Origin: Thermoplasmata archaeon
GTDB taxonomy: Archaea > Thermoplasmatota > DTKX01 > DATEUP01
Direction: 5' to 3'
Length of the DNA: 64,000 nt
Assembly: GCA_041485285.1 (NCBI GenBank)
Contig: JBGPJF010000004.1
Location: forward strand, 24,468-88,467
Shown here: in pieces, positions 9,218 through 19,526 of the stretch
Position numbering within the stretch: the first letter of the stretch is position 1
How the letters are laid out: each line of letters begins with the position of its first letter
Translations under genes and position numbers: made by a program
Notes under the pieces: generated by a model
Database searches by the model: none
Seen by the model: the letters and a program-made list of their open reading frames with translations, nothing else
Told to the model about the DNA's origin: nothing

Positions 9218-9550
9218 CTATTGATTCTCTCTCCACCGGTGCTCGCACTTGACGCAGATGTAGAACCTCGTCTCCGGCTCATCGGCGCCCCGCGTCTGCT
9301 GCATCATCCAGTAGGCCTCGTTGAAGCTGCACTTGGGGCACATCGTCTTCGTTTTGGGAAGGATCCCCGGCGCATTCTTGTCGACGACGAGGCGCGCCTT
9401 CTCATTTTTCAGCGAGCGGGTCTTGTTCAGGTCGACCTCGGCCTTCGTGCCGGCCGTCTGGTGGCCGCACTTGCGGCAGACCATATGGCCGGCCTGGGGG
9501 AACATCAGCGATTTGCAGTTTGGACAAAACAGCTGAAGCGGCCTCCCCAT
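9218..9550 (-). CDS. tfs: Transcription factor S (TFS; RpoM-like transcript cleavage factor)
   Basis: N-terminal Zn ribbon 'CPNCKSLM...CRKCGH'. C-terminal TFIIS-type Zn ribbon 'CPKCSFNEAYWMMQQTRGADEPETRFYICVKCEHRW' with the acidic DE loop. Size 110 aa. Confidence 0.85.
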   Translation of the reverse strand: MGRPLQLFCPNCKSLMFPQAGHMVCRKCGHQTAGTKAEVDLNKTRSLKNEKARLVVDKNAPGILPKTKTMCPKCSFNEAYWMMQQTRGADEPETRFYICVKCEHRWRENQ

Positions 9551-9611
9551 TCGCGCTCACGCTGACGCGCGCACTTAAAGATTCGGTGCGTGGTGAGCGC
9601 GCGGCGCGCGC

Positions 9612-12224
9612 TCACTTCGGCGCATCGTCGCTCTTGTCGGCCCCGTCGTCGCCGCCCGCATCGCCCTCGCCCTCGGGCTCGTCGTCGCCTTCGCCCTCTT
9701 CGCCGGGCGGCGGGGCCGTCTCTTCGACCGCGCGGTATTCGCCGATCTCGGCCTCCGTTTCAAGGAGGCGCGCCACGCCGATCACACGGTCGCCTTCGTC
9801 GATGCGGATGACGCGGACGCCCTGCGTCGCGCGCCCGAGCACCGAGATTTCGGCGACCTTCGTGCGGATCATGATGCCTGACTTGGTGGTCACGAGGATC
9901 TGGTCGGCCTCCTCGATGCGGCGGATGGCAACGACGGGTCCGCCCTTGTCGGTGACCTTCATGTTCTTCACGCCGCCGGCGCCGCGGTTGGTCTTGCGGT
10001 ACGCCGCCACGGGCGAGCGCTTCCCGTAGCCCTGCTCGGTGATCGAGAGCAGCGTGTCGGCTTCCTTGAGCACGGCCGTGCCGATGACCTCGTCCCCCGC
10101 CTTGAGCCGAATCCCGCGGACGCCGTGGGCGTTGCGCCCCATCGCGCGCGCCTTCCTGGCTTCGAAGCGCGCGGCCTGCCCGAGCTTGGTGGCGATCATG
10201 ATCTCGTCGTCCTCCATGCACAGCCGCACATCGACGATGCGCTCGCCCTCGTCAAGGACCGTCGCGATAATCCCCGTGACCCGGGGGTTCGAAAACTCAT
10301 TGAGCGCCGTGCGCTTGATGGTGCCGCGGTTCGTGGTGAAAATGAGGAACTTGCCCTCCTCGAACTTCTCTACGGGGATGTGGGCCGCAATGGCCTCGCC
10401 CTGCTCCAGGCGCGGCAGGAGGTTGATGATGGGGAGACCCTTGGCTTGCCGCGTCCCTTCGGGAATCTGGAACGCCTTCAACCAATAGGCCCGGCCCTTC
10501 GAGGTGAAGAACATCAGGAAGTTGTGGTTCTTCACCGTGACAATCGACTCGATGAAATCGAGTTCCTTCGTCGTGGCCGCGATGCGGCCCTTCCCGCCGC
10601 GCTTCTGCGAGCGGTAGGCGTCGGGCGTCTGCCGCTTGATGTACCCCTCGTGCGAGATGGTCACGACGACCTCGACATTGGGCACGAGGTCTTCGAGCGA
10701 GACCTCCGCCAGGTCGTCGACGATCTGCGTGCGCCTTTCGTCGCCGAAGCGGTCCTTCAGCTCGGCGAGGTCGGCCTTGATGATTGCGAGCACCTCCTTG
10801 CGGTCCGAGAGGATCTTCTCGAGCCGCTGGATGAGCTTCTGGACGTCCGAGAGCTCCTGCTTGAGTTCCGTGATTTCGAGGTTCGTAAGCTTGCGCAGCG
10901 GCAGCTTGAGGATCTCGCGCGATTGGATCTCCGTGAAGAAGAAGTGGGAGATGAGGCTCTTCTCGGCCGCGTCGGCGTCCTTGCTCGCGCGGATGACCTT
11001 GATGACCGCATCGATCTGCTCGACGGCCTTGACGAGGCCCTCGAGGACATGCGCGCGGTCGCGGGCCTTGTTGAGGTCGAACTGCGTGCGCTTGGTGATG
11101 ACTACCTCGCGGAACTCGAGGAAGCGCGCCATCATCTGGCGCAGGGGCAGCACCTGCGGCTGGCCCTCGACGAGCGCCAGGTTGATCGCGCCGAAGGTGG
11201 CCTGCAGCTCCGTGTGCTTGTAGAGCTGGTTGAGGATGATCTCCGGGAAGACATCGCGGCGCAGTTCGATGACGATGCGCATGCCTTCCTTGTCGGACTC
11301 GTCGCGCAGGTCGGTGATCCCTTCGATCTTGCGGGCCTTTACGAGCTCCGCGATCTGCTCGAGGATCTTCGACTTGAGGACGGCGTAGGGGATCTCGTCG
11401 ACGACGATGCGGTTCTTGTCCTTCTCCATCGGCTCGATGTGCGTCTTGGCACGGACACGCATCTGGCCGCGGCCGGTGGTGTAGGCCTCGGCGATGCCGG
11501 CCCGCCCGTAGATGATGCCGCCGGTGGGGAAGTCGGGCCCGGGGATGATCTTGAAGAGCTCGTGGTCGGGCAGTTCCGGGTTGTCGATGAGCGCGGTGAA
11601 GCCATCGCAGAGCTCGGACATGTTGTGGGGAGGGATGTTCGTGGCCATCCCCACGGCGATGCCCTGCGAGCCGTTGAGGAGCAGGTTGGGCGCCTTGGCC
11701 GGGAGCACATCGGGCTCCTTCAGCGTCCCGTCGAAGTTGTCGCGCATCGGGACGGTGTCTTTGTCGATGTCCGCGAGCAGTTCGTCGGCCAGCTTGGTGA
11801 GCCGGGCCTCCGTGTAACGCATCGCCGCAGCGCTGTCCCCGTCGATGGAGCCGAAGTTGCCCTGGCCGTCGACGAGCGGGTAGCGCAGCGCGAAGGCCTG
11901 CGCCATGCGCACGAGCGCGTCGTAGACGGAGAGGTCGCCGTGCGGGTGGTATTTGCCGAGGACCTCTCCGACGATCCTCGCGCACTTCTTGTACGACCGG
12001 CTGGAGCCGAGCGAAAGCTCGTTCATGGCGTGCATGATGCGGCGGTGGACGGGCTTCAGGCCATCGCGGACATCGGGCAACGCTCGCCCGACGATGACGG
12101 ACATGGAGTAGTCGATGTACGACTCCTTCATCTCGGCCGTGAGCACGCGCGGGCGCACGATGAGGGCAAAGGGCGGGAGCGTCGCCTCGGGGCGCTTCTC
12201 GGGCGGAGGCGTTTCGTCAGCCAC
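9612..12224 (-). CDS. gyrA: DNA gyrase subunit A
   Basis: 870 aa. Motifs '[22 protein letters not shown]', active-site 'AMRYTEARL', and the GyrA-box region; C-terminal beta-pinwheel repeats; acidic tail. Confidence 0.95.
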   Translation of the reverse strand: MADETPPPEKRPEATLPPFALIVRPRVLTAEMKESYIDYSMSVIVGRALPDVRDGLKPVHRRIMHAMNELSLGSSRSYKKCARIVGEVLGKYHPHGDLSVYDALVRMAQAFALRYPLVDGQGNFGSIDGDSAAAMRYTEARLTKLADELLADIDKDTVPMRDNFDGTLKEPDVLPAKAPNLLLNGSQGIAVGMATNIPPHNMSELCDGFTALIDNPELPDHELFKIIPGPDFPTGGIIYGRAGIAEAYTTGRGQMRVRAKTHIEPMEKDKNRIVVDEIPYAVLKSKILEQIAELVKARKIEGITDLRDESDKEGMRIVIELRRDVFPEIILNQLYKHTELQATFGAINLALVEGQPQVLPLRQMMARFLEFREVVITKRTQFDLNKARDRAHVLEGLVKAVEQIDAVIKVIRASKDADAAEKSLISHFFFTEIQSREILKLPLRKLTNLEITELKQELSDVQKLIQRLEKILSDRKEVLAIIKADLAELKDRFGDERRTQIVDDLAEVSLEDLVPNVEVVVTISHEGYIKRQTPDAYRSQKRGGKGRIAATTKELDFIESIVTVKNHNFLMFFTSKGRAYWLKAFQIPEGTRQAKGLPIINLLPRLEQGEAIAAHIPVEKFEEGKFLIFTTNRGTIKRTALNEFSNPRVTGIIATVLDEGERIVDVRLCMEDDEIMIATKLGQAARFEARKARAMGRNAHGVRGIRLKAGDEVIGTAVLKEADTLLSITEQGYGKRSPVAAYRKTNRGAGGVKNMKVTDKGGPVVAIRRIEEADQILVTTKSGIMIRTKVAEISVLGRATQGVRVIRIDEGDRVIGVARLLETEAEIGEYRAVEETAPPPGEEGEGDDEPEGEGDAGGDDGADKSDDAPK

Positions 12225-12235
12225 GGCGGTCCCCC

Positions 12236-14224
<1,989 letters not shown>

Positions 14225-14265
14225 TTATTGCATGCTTGATTGGGCCATGATTTCAGGCCGAATTT

Positions 14266-14291
14266 AGTGCCATTTGCTTATAAAGGAGAAT
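14266..14291. promoter_or_regulatory. AT-rich divergent promoter region (TATA-like boxes) between gyrB and nob1
   Basis: Sequence 'gcttataaaggagaatataaataaac' lies within a roughly 280-bp locally AT-rich intergenic island in GC-rich DNA. Confidence 0.3.
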
Positions 14292-14455
14292 ATAAATAAA
14301 CTCTCCGGTTCCAATCCTTGATTTTGCGCCTGTTGCGATTGCCCTTTTCAGCTGCCTGGCCACGAGAAGTTTGGCCCTATTAAAAGGGTCAACGGGGTAG
14401 GCCGGACACGCCGAAACCGGGGTTTAAGGGGCAGGAAACCCGGTCTGGCGCGATC

Positions 14456-15034
14456 ATGGGCGGAAATCCGGGCGGGGACAAGGGCGCGCAGATTCCGCGC
14501 AGGCTGGTGTGCGACACATCCGTGCTGCTCGCAGGAGGCGACCCGCGCGGGACGCCCGACGACGAGGTGTACGTTACGCCCTCGGTGATGAATGAAGTGA
14601 AGCGGCCCGATGACCGGGAGCGGCTGGAGACGCTGCGGGAAATCGGGCTGAAGTTGCAGTCACCGGGCGCGCCATCGCTTGCAGCGGTGGACAAGGCCGC
14701 CGCCGCAACGGGCGACGGCCAGCGCCTCTCGCTTCCCGACAAGGAGCTGCTCGCGCTGGCGCTGGAGTTGAAGGCGGAGCTGCTCACCGACGACCGCTCG
14801 ATGCAGAACCTTGCGGCAACGATGGGGGTGCCCTACAAGGGCTACGCGCAGTCCGAGATCAAGGGCATCTGGCACTGGGAGAGTCAACTGAAGTGCATCG
14901 GCTGCGGGCGCATCTACGAGAACGAGATGCCGAGAAACGAGTGCATCGTGTGCGGTCACGAGATCCGCAAGAAGCACTGGCGCGTGCCGAAGGGCGAAGC
15001 GGCCGGCCCGCGGCGGCGCAACCCCTCACGGTGA
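14456..15034 (+). CDS. nob1: Nob1-like endonuclease (PIN domain plus C-terminal zinc ribbon). Probable 16S rRNA 3'-end (D-site) maturation nuclease.
   Basis: N-terminal PIN ('LVCDTSVLLAGG', 'LTDD') and C-terminal 'CIGCGRIY...CIVCGHEI' Zn ribbon. Size about 190 aa. Confidence 0.75.
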   Translation: MGGNPGGDKGAQIPRRLVCDTSVLLAGGDPRGTPDDEVYVTPSVMNEVKRPDDRERLETLREIGLKLQSPGAPSLAAVDKAAAATGDGQRLSLPDKELLALALELKAELLTDDRSMQNLAATMGVPYKGYAQSEIKGIWHWESQLKCIGCGRIYENEMPRNECIVCGHEIRKKHWRVPKGEAAGPRRRNPSR

Positions 15035-15087
15035 GCCGCCCCAAGGCTTTTGGGGGGTCGGCGGCCTTCGAGGCCGAAGGTGCTCGC

Positions 15088-16218
15088 GTGCCCGACGAAG
15101 CGTTCAAGGTCACTCCGTGGGAGGTCGAGGGCACCGTTGACTACGCGCGGCTGATCAAACAGTTCGGAGTCGACCCGCTGAACGCCGCGATGCTGGAGCG
15201 CCTGAGGAAGGCCGCGGGGGGCGAACTCCACCACCTCCTTCGCCGCGAGTACTTCATTTCGCACCGCGAGCTCGGGTGGGTCCTCGATGAGTACGCAAAA
15301 AAGAATCCGTTCTTCCTGTACACGGGGCGTGGTCCGTCGGGCCCGATCCACCTCGGGCACCTGATCCCGTGGATCGCGACCCAGTGGCTTCAGGAGAAGT
15401 TCAACGTCGATGTGTACTTCCAGCTCACCGACGACGAGAAGTTCCTGTTCAGCGACAAGCTCACGCTCGAAGACACGGCCAAGTGGACGGTCGAAAACGC
15501 GCTCGACTTCCTGGCGCTCGGCTACAAGCCCGGCAAGACGCACCTGATCTGGGACACGCGCCACGCGGGCATCATGTACCCGCAGGCGATCCGCGTGGCG
15601 AAGAAGCTCACCTACTCGACGGCCAAGGCCGTGTTTGGGTTCGAGCCGTCGTCGAATGTCGGGGAGATTTTCTACACGAGCATGCAGTCGGTGCCGGCGT
15701 TCTTGCCCTCCGTGCTCGCGGGGAAGAATATCCCGTGCCTCGTGCCGATGGGGATTGACCAGGACCCGCACTTCCGCATCGCGCGTGACATCCTGCCGAA
15801 GCTCGGCTACCTGAAGCCGGCGGCGCTCCACAGCAAGCTGCTGCCCGGCCTCACATCCCCGGGGACGAGCAAGATGAGCGCGTCGGACCCGAACAGCGCA
15901 ATCTATACGAACGAAACGCCGAAGCAGGTGCGCAACAAGGTCATGAAGTACGCGTTCTCGGGCGGGCAAGCTACGACGGAGGAGCACCGCAAGAAGGGCG
16001 GCGACACGAATGTGGACGCGTCGTACCGGTGGCTATCGCTGTTCGAGCCCGACGACCGCAAGATCGAGAAGATCGGCGAGGAGTACCGCAGCGGCAAGCT
16101 CCTGTCGGGCGAGATGAAGCAGCTGTTCGTCGACCACATCAACGCGTTCCTGCAGAAGCACCAGGAGCGGCGCGAGGCGCTGCGGCCGAAGTTGGAAGAC
16201 TTCATGCTGAAAGTGTAA
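15088..16218 (+). CDS. trpS: Tryptophan--tRNA ligase (archaeal/eukaryotic type). The track ORF starts at 14893 and overlaps nob1; the start is probably the GTG at 15088.
   Basis: Sequence 'VTPWEVEGTVDYARLIKQFG', the HIGH-like motif 'GRGPSGPIHLGHL', and 'KMSAS' (KMSKS variant). Confidence 0.85.
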   Translation: MPDEAFKVTPWEVEGTVDYARLIKQFGVDPLNAAMLERLRKAAGGELHHLLRREYFISHRELGWVLDEYAKKNPFFLYTGRGPSGPIHLGHLIPWIATQWLQEKFNVDVYFQLTDDEKFLFSDKLTLEDTAKWTVENALDFLALGYKPGKTHLIWDTRHAGIMYPQAIRVAKKLTYSTAKAVFGFEPSSNVGEIFYTSMQSVPAFLPSVLAGKNIPCLVPMGIDQDPHFRIARDILPKLGYLKPAALHSKLLPGLTSPGTSKMSASDPNSAIYTNETPKQVRNKVMKYAFSGGQATTEEHRKKGGDTNVDASYRWLSLFEPDDRKIEKIGEEYRSGKLLSGEMKQLFVDHINAFLQKHQERREALRPKLEDFMLKV

Positions 16219-16233
16219 AGCCTCCGGGCCGGA

Positions 16234-17136
16234 ATGCGCGCCGCTATGGCGCTCCGACGGCCTTTCGTGAAAGAGGAATCCGCAATTGCCTACGGCCGCC
16301 GCGAGGTGGCGGCCTGCGCGCGGCGACTCATCGAGTGGGCAAGGCGCGCGCCCAAAGGCCGCCCGGATGAGGAGTACATCCACGAGTTGCGCGTGCGCCT
16401 GCGGCGCGCGCGCGCTGCGATGCGCGCGTTCCGGCGGTTCTACGACAGCCCCGCGGTCTTCGAGCGGCGAGTGGCACCGCTGCGCCGCCTTTCGCGGGCA
16501 CTTGGCCCGATGCGGGACGCCGACGTGACAGCCGCCCTTTTCGATGAGGTGCTTCGGACCGTGCCCTATGCCCCCCGGTCGGTTTCGCGGGCGCTCGTCG
16601 CGCACCACCGCGCCCAGGAAGCGCGCTGGGGGCGCGTCAAGAGCGCGCTGGCCGGCGTCTGCCACCTCACGCCGACCGTGCTTTCGCCGCCCATCGCCGA
16701 AGCGGGCGAAGAGGGCTGGCGCGGATTGGCCAAGCACGCGCGCAAGACGCTTCGCCGCAAGCTGAACGACGTGGGCGCGCTCGCCCCCGCGGTCATCACG
16801 GGCAACCCCCCGGACCTCCACGCGCTGCGCATCGAGATCAAGCGCCTGCGCTACACGGTCGAGACCTTCGACGCGCTGCTCGGCGCCGACGGCCGGCTGT
16901 GGGGGGCGAAACTGCGCGAAATGCAGTCGACGCTGGGGCTTGTGCAGGACCATACGGTCGCCTTGGTGCAGGTGGAGGGCTTTCTCGCGAAAGCTCGCGA
17001 GCCCCTCGAGCGCGCATCGCTCGAGCTCGTCGGGCGCATCATTGAAGGCCGGCGCGCGGCGCACATCGAGCGGTTCCGCTGGCAGTGGCGAACGATCGAC
17101 CCGCGCCGCTTCGAGGCGGTGCTTTCGCGAAAGTAA
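16234..17136 (+). CDS. CHAD domain-containing protein
   Basis: Arg/His-rich helical protein with 'IHELRVRLRRARAAMRAFRRF' and 'LHALRIEIKRLRYTVETF', typical of CHAD. Confidence 0.45.
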   Translation: MRAAMALRRPFVKEESAIAYGRREVAACARRLIEWARRAPKGRPDEEYIHELRVRLRRARAAMRAFRRFYDSPAVFERRVAPLRRLSRALGPMRDADVTAALFDEVLRTVPYAPRSVSRALVAHHRAQEARWGRVKSALAGVCHLTPTVLSPPIAEAGEEGWRGLAKHARKTLRRKLNDVGALAPAVITGNPPDLHALRIEIKRLRYTVETFDALLGADGRLWGAKLREMQSTLGLVQDHTVALVQVEGFLAKAREPLERASLELVGRIIEGRRAAHIERFRWQWRTIDPRRFEAVLSRK

Positions 17137-17153
17137 CGGGTGGCACGGCGTGC

Positions 17154-17381
17154 CTACAGCCGGCCGGTCACAGCGAGCCACGCGAGGGCGCCCATGAGGA
17201 AACCGGCGGTGGTGAGCGCCAGCCCGACTACCAACCCGGTGAGCGTGCCGGAAGGCCCGGCGGCTTTAGAGGTCCACACGACACCTACAATGACGATGGC
17301 GCCGCTTACGACCAACCACCCCCCCGCGCATCCGGGTGTGGGTGTCACCGCTTTGCCACCGGCTGAGGGCATCGGAGCCAA
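17154..17381 (-). CDS. Small membrane protein (2 TM), directly abutting the uppS stop
   Basis: Hydrophobic 75-aa ORF. Its start at 17381 is adjacent to the uppS stop at 17382. Confidence 0.3.
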   Translation of the reverse strand: MAPMPSAGGKAVTPTPGCAGGWLVVSGAIVIVGVVWTSKAAGPSGTLTGLVVGLALTTAGFLMGALAWLAVTGRL

Positions 17382-18170
17382 TCATGTCCCCCGCCTTCGG
17401 TGCCGCGCCTGGTAGCTGCGGATCGCGCGCAGGAAGTCGATCTTGCGCATCCCGGGCCAGTTCACATCTGCGAAGTAGAGCTCGCTGTAGGCGTTTTGCC
17501 ACAGCAGGAAGTTCGAGATTCGCTCCTCGCCGCTCGTGCGCAGGATGAGGTCGGGGTCGGGGATCCCGTTCGTGTAGAGGTGCTTGGCGAAGATCTCCTC
17601 GGTGACATCCTCCGGCTTGAGTGAGCCGTCCTTGGCCGCGGCGGCAATCTTGCGAACCGCGTGCATGATCTCGTCGCGGCCGCCGTAGGCGACGGCGAGG
17701 TTGAGGAGGTAGTTCGAGTTGTCCTTGGTCTTCTCGGTCGCGTAGGCGATGGCCTCTTGGACCTTGGGCTCAAGGAGTGTGGTCTGCCCAATGACTTTGA
17801 CGCGGATGCCGTGCTGCTTCACGCGCGGGTCGTCGGCGAGCTTGCGGAAGTTCTCCTCGAACATGCGCATGAGGAGCTGGACCTCTTCGGGCCGGCGGCG
17901 CAGGTTCTCGGTGGAAAACGCGTACACGGTGAGGATCTTGATGTCGAGTTCGAGGCACCAGTTGAGGAGCTCTTCGAGTTTCTCGCGGCCGTAGGTGTGG
18001 CCGTCAAGGGGGTTGAGGCCGAGCGATTCGGCAAAACGGCGGTTGCCGTCCATGATGACGGCGACGTGGCGGGGGATGTCGCTAAGCTGGATCTCGGAGA
18101 GCAGGCGCTTCTCATATTGGCGGTAGGCCAGGCCCGAGACAGGGCCGTGGGTGTCTTGGGGCGGAGGCAA
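17382..18170 (-). CDS. uppS: Di-trans,poly-cis-decaprenyl/undecaprenyl diphosphate synthase (UppS, cis-prenyltransferase)
   Basis: Sequence 'PRHVAVIMDGNRRFAESLGL...LTVYAFSTENLRR...YGGRDEI...RTSGEERISNFLLWQNAYSELYF'. Confidence 0.8.
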   Translation of the reverse strand: MPPPQDTHGPVSGLAYRQYEKRLLSEIQLSDIPRHVAVIMDGNRRFAESLGLNPLDGHTYGREKLEELLNWCLELDIKILTVYAFSTENLRRRPEEVQLLMRMFEENFRKLADDPRVKQHGIRVKVIGQTTLLEPKVQEAIAYATEKTKDNSNYLLNLAVAYGGRDEIMHAVRKIAAAAKDGSLKPEDVTEEIFAKHLYTNGIPDPDLILRTSGEERISNFLLWQNAYSELYFADVNWPGMRKIDFLRAIRSYQARHRRRGT

Positions 18171-18290
18171 CGGGTCGCGCCACCCCCTCGCCCTTCTAAA
18201 AGGTTTGCCGGGAGGATCGGCGATGGACGATGCGGGCGGCTTGGAATGGAGGCCGGCTTCCGCGGGGTGGATGGGCTCTTTTCAGGTTGA

Positions 18291-18509
18291 TCATACAACC
18301 CTGGCGGCTTTCGCCGCCCGAATGTGACGGACCGCGTACGCCGAAGCGATGACCACGGCTGCGATGGCCAGTCCAACTCCGACGGCAAGGATGTCGAGCG
18401 ATCCGCTCGCGATCAACCCGAGGCCGTTGCCCGCGATCCCCACGATGATGAAGAACTTCGCAATGGCGGCCGCATCGCCAGCTTTGCCATCTTCAGGTTC
18501 GGCGCTCAT
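18291..18509 (-). CDS. Small membrane protein; 4-nt overlap with the upstream ORF
   Basis: Sequence 'IAKFFIIVGIAGNGLGLIASGSLDILAVGVGLAIAAVVIASAYAV'. Confidence 0.3.
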   Translation of the reverse strand: MSAEPEDGKAGDAAAIAKFFIIVGIAGNGLGLIASGSLDILAVGVGLAIAAVVIASAYAVRHIRAAKAARVV

Positions 18510-19486
18510 CGTGCCACGTCTGCCGCGTCGGGCCCCATCAGCGCCGCGCCGAGCGCCGCCACCGCTCCAATGAGGCCGCGTCCCTCGAGCGGCGTCTCGG
18601 CACCAATCGCGCGCGCAGTGGCGTCCGCGTGCTCGCGCGTCACAATCCCGGACCGCGCCCGCTCGCAGAAGGCCTCGGCCTCATGGTAGTTGTGGATGAG
18701 GAGGCCCTCGACCATGGCAAGGCCGGCCTCTTTCGACTTCGACATGGATTCGACGCGGTCGCGCAACTCGATCTTCACGGCCTCTTCCATCCACGGAGCG
18801 ACGGCGCCTTCGACGAGCGAAGCCACGCAGTTGGTGGTCTTCTCGGGGACGCCGGGGAAGAGTTGGACGACGCGCTGCCGCAGGACGGCCATGTCTTCGA
18901 TGCCCGCCGTGGCGTCGCGCGCAAGGGCCCAAGTGGCTCCGCCTTGCGGCGTGTCGGTGTCATCGATTCCAATCAAGATGTGGTGGAGGCCCGGCGTCAC
19001 GACTTCCATGTAAACGGGCTTGCTGCCGCCGGCCTCCTCGAGCCCCTGCGCGCGGAACTCGAGCGTCCCTGCCGCCATCCCGAGCGCCGCGGCGAGCCCG
19101 AGCCCCGCGCCCGCAAGCCCGCGCCAGCGCGTCACGACGTCCTTGCCGCGCATGAAACACTCTTCGAGCACCTCGCCGCCTTTGCCCGCATCGGCGGGGC
19201 CAAAGTGGGGCGATTCGCTCGTGCCCGGCTTCTCCGCGAGCGCGGCGTCAGTGATCAGCGTGTGGCCGTCGACGCGGGCGTCGATGACGGGGCCCCTGCC
19301 ACGGCGCCGGTTCGCCGCCGCCCATTCGGCCGCTCCTTGGACCGCGCGCTCCTCGACGATGCGCACGCGCTTGTGCGCGGCGTCCACCATCGTCACGACG
19401 CGCGTGGCGGCGCGCGGGCCGAGCAGTTTCGCGAGCTCATCGGGCGTGTAGGCGCGCCCCTCAAAGGCCGCGGCGCGGTCGGGCAC
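18506..19486 (-). CDS. TiaS-like Thr18-Cyt34 kinase domain (DUF1743-type) protein lacking the TiaS C-terminal tRNA-binding modules. The start is uncertain; it may be the internal Met of 'MEVVTPGLHHILIGIDDTDT'.
   Basis: Sequences 'HILIGIDDTDTPQGGATWALA' and 'EGRGLIGAVAALGAAL' match the TiaS N-terminal kinase-domain motifs (GIDDTDS...; KGRGLIGALAAVGA). No KH/OB/Zn-ribbon follows. Confidence 0.45.
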   Translation of the reverse strand: MPDRAAAFEGRAYTPDELAKLLGPRAATRVVTMVDAAHKRVRIVEERAVQGAAEWAAANRRRGRGPVIDARVDGHTLITDAALAEKPGTSESPHFGPADAGKGGEVLEECFMRGKDVVTRWRGLAGAGLGLAAALGMAAGTLEFRAQGLEEAGGSKPVYMEVVTPGLHHILIGIDDTDTPQGGATWALARDATAGIEDMAVLRQRVVQLFPGVPEKTTNCVASLVEGAVAPWMEEAVKIELRDRVESMSKSKEAGLAMVEGLLIHNYHEAEAFCERARSGIVTREHADATARAIGAETPLEGRGLIGAVAALGAALMGPDAADVAR

Positions 19487-19526
19487 ACGACCCCATCCCC
19501 GCGGGCGGATAAAAGCCCCGGCGGCC

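Noticed and set aside
16033-17181. 382-aa minus-strand ORF opposite the CHAD-domain gene
   Set aside because: It is antisense to a plus-strand ORF that has a recognisable CHAD signature. Its product is Arg/Ala-rich without domains. Only one of the two can be real, and the CHAD reading is preferred.
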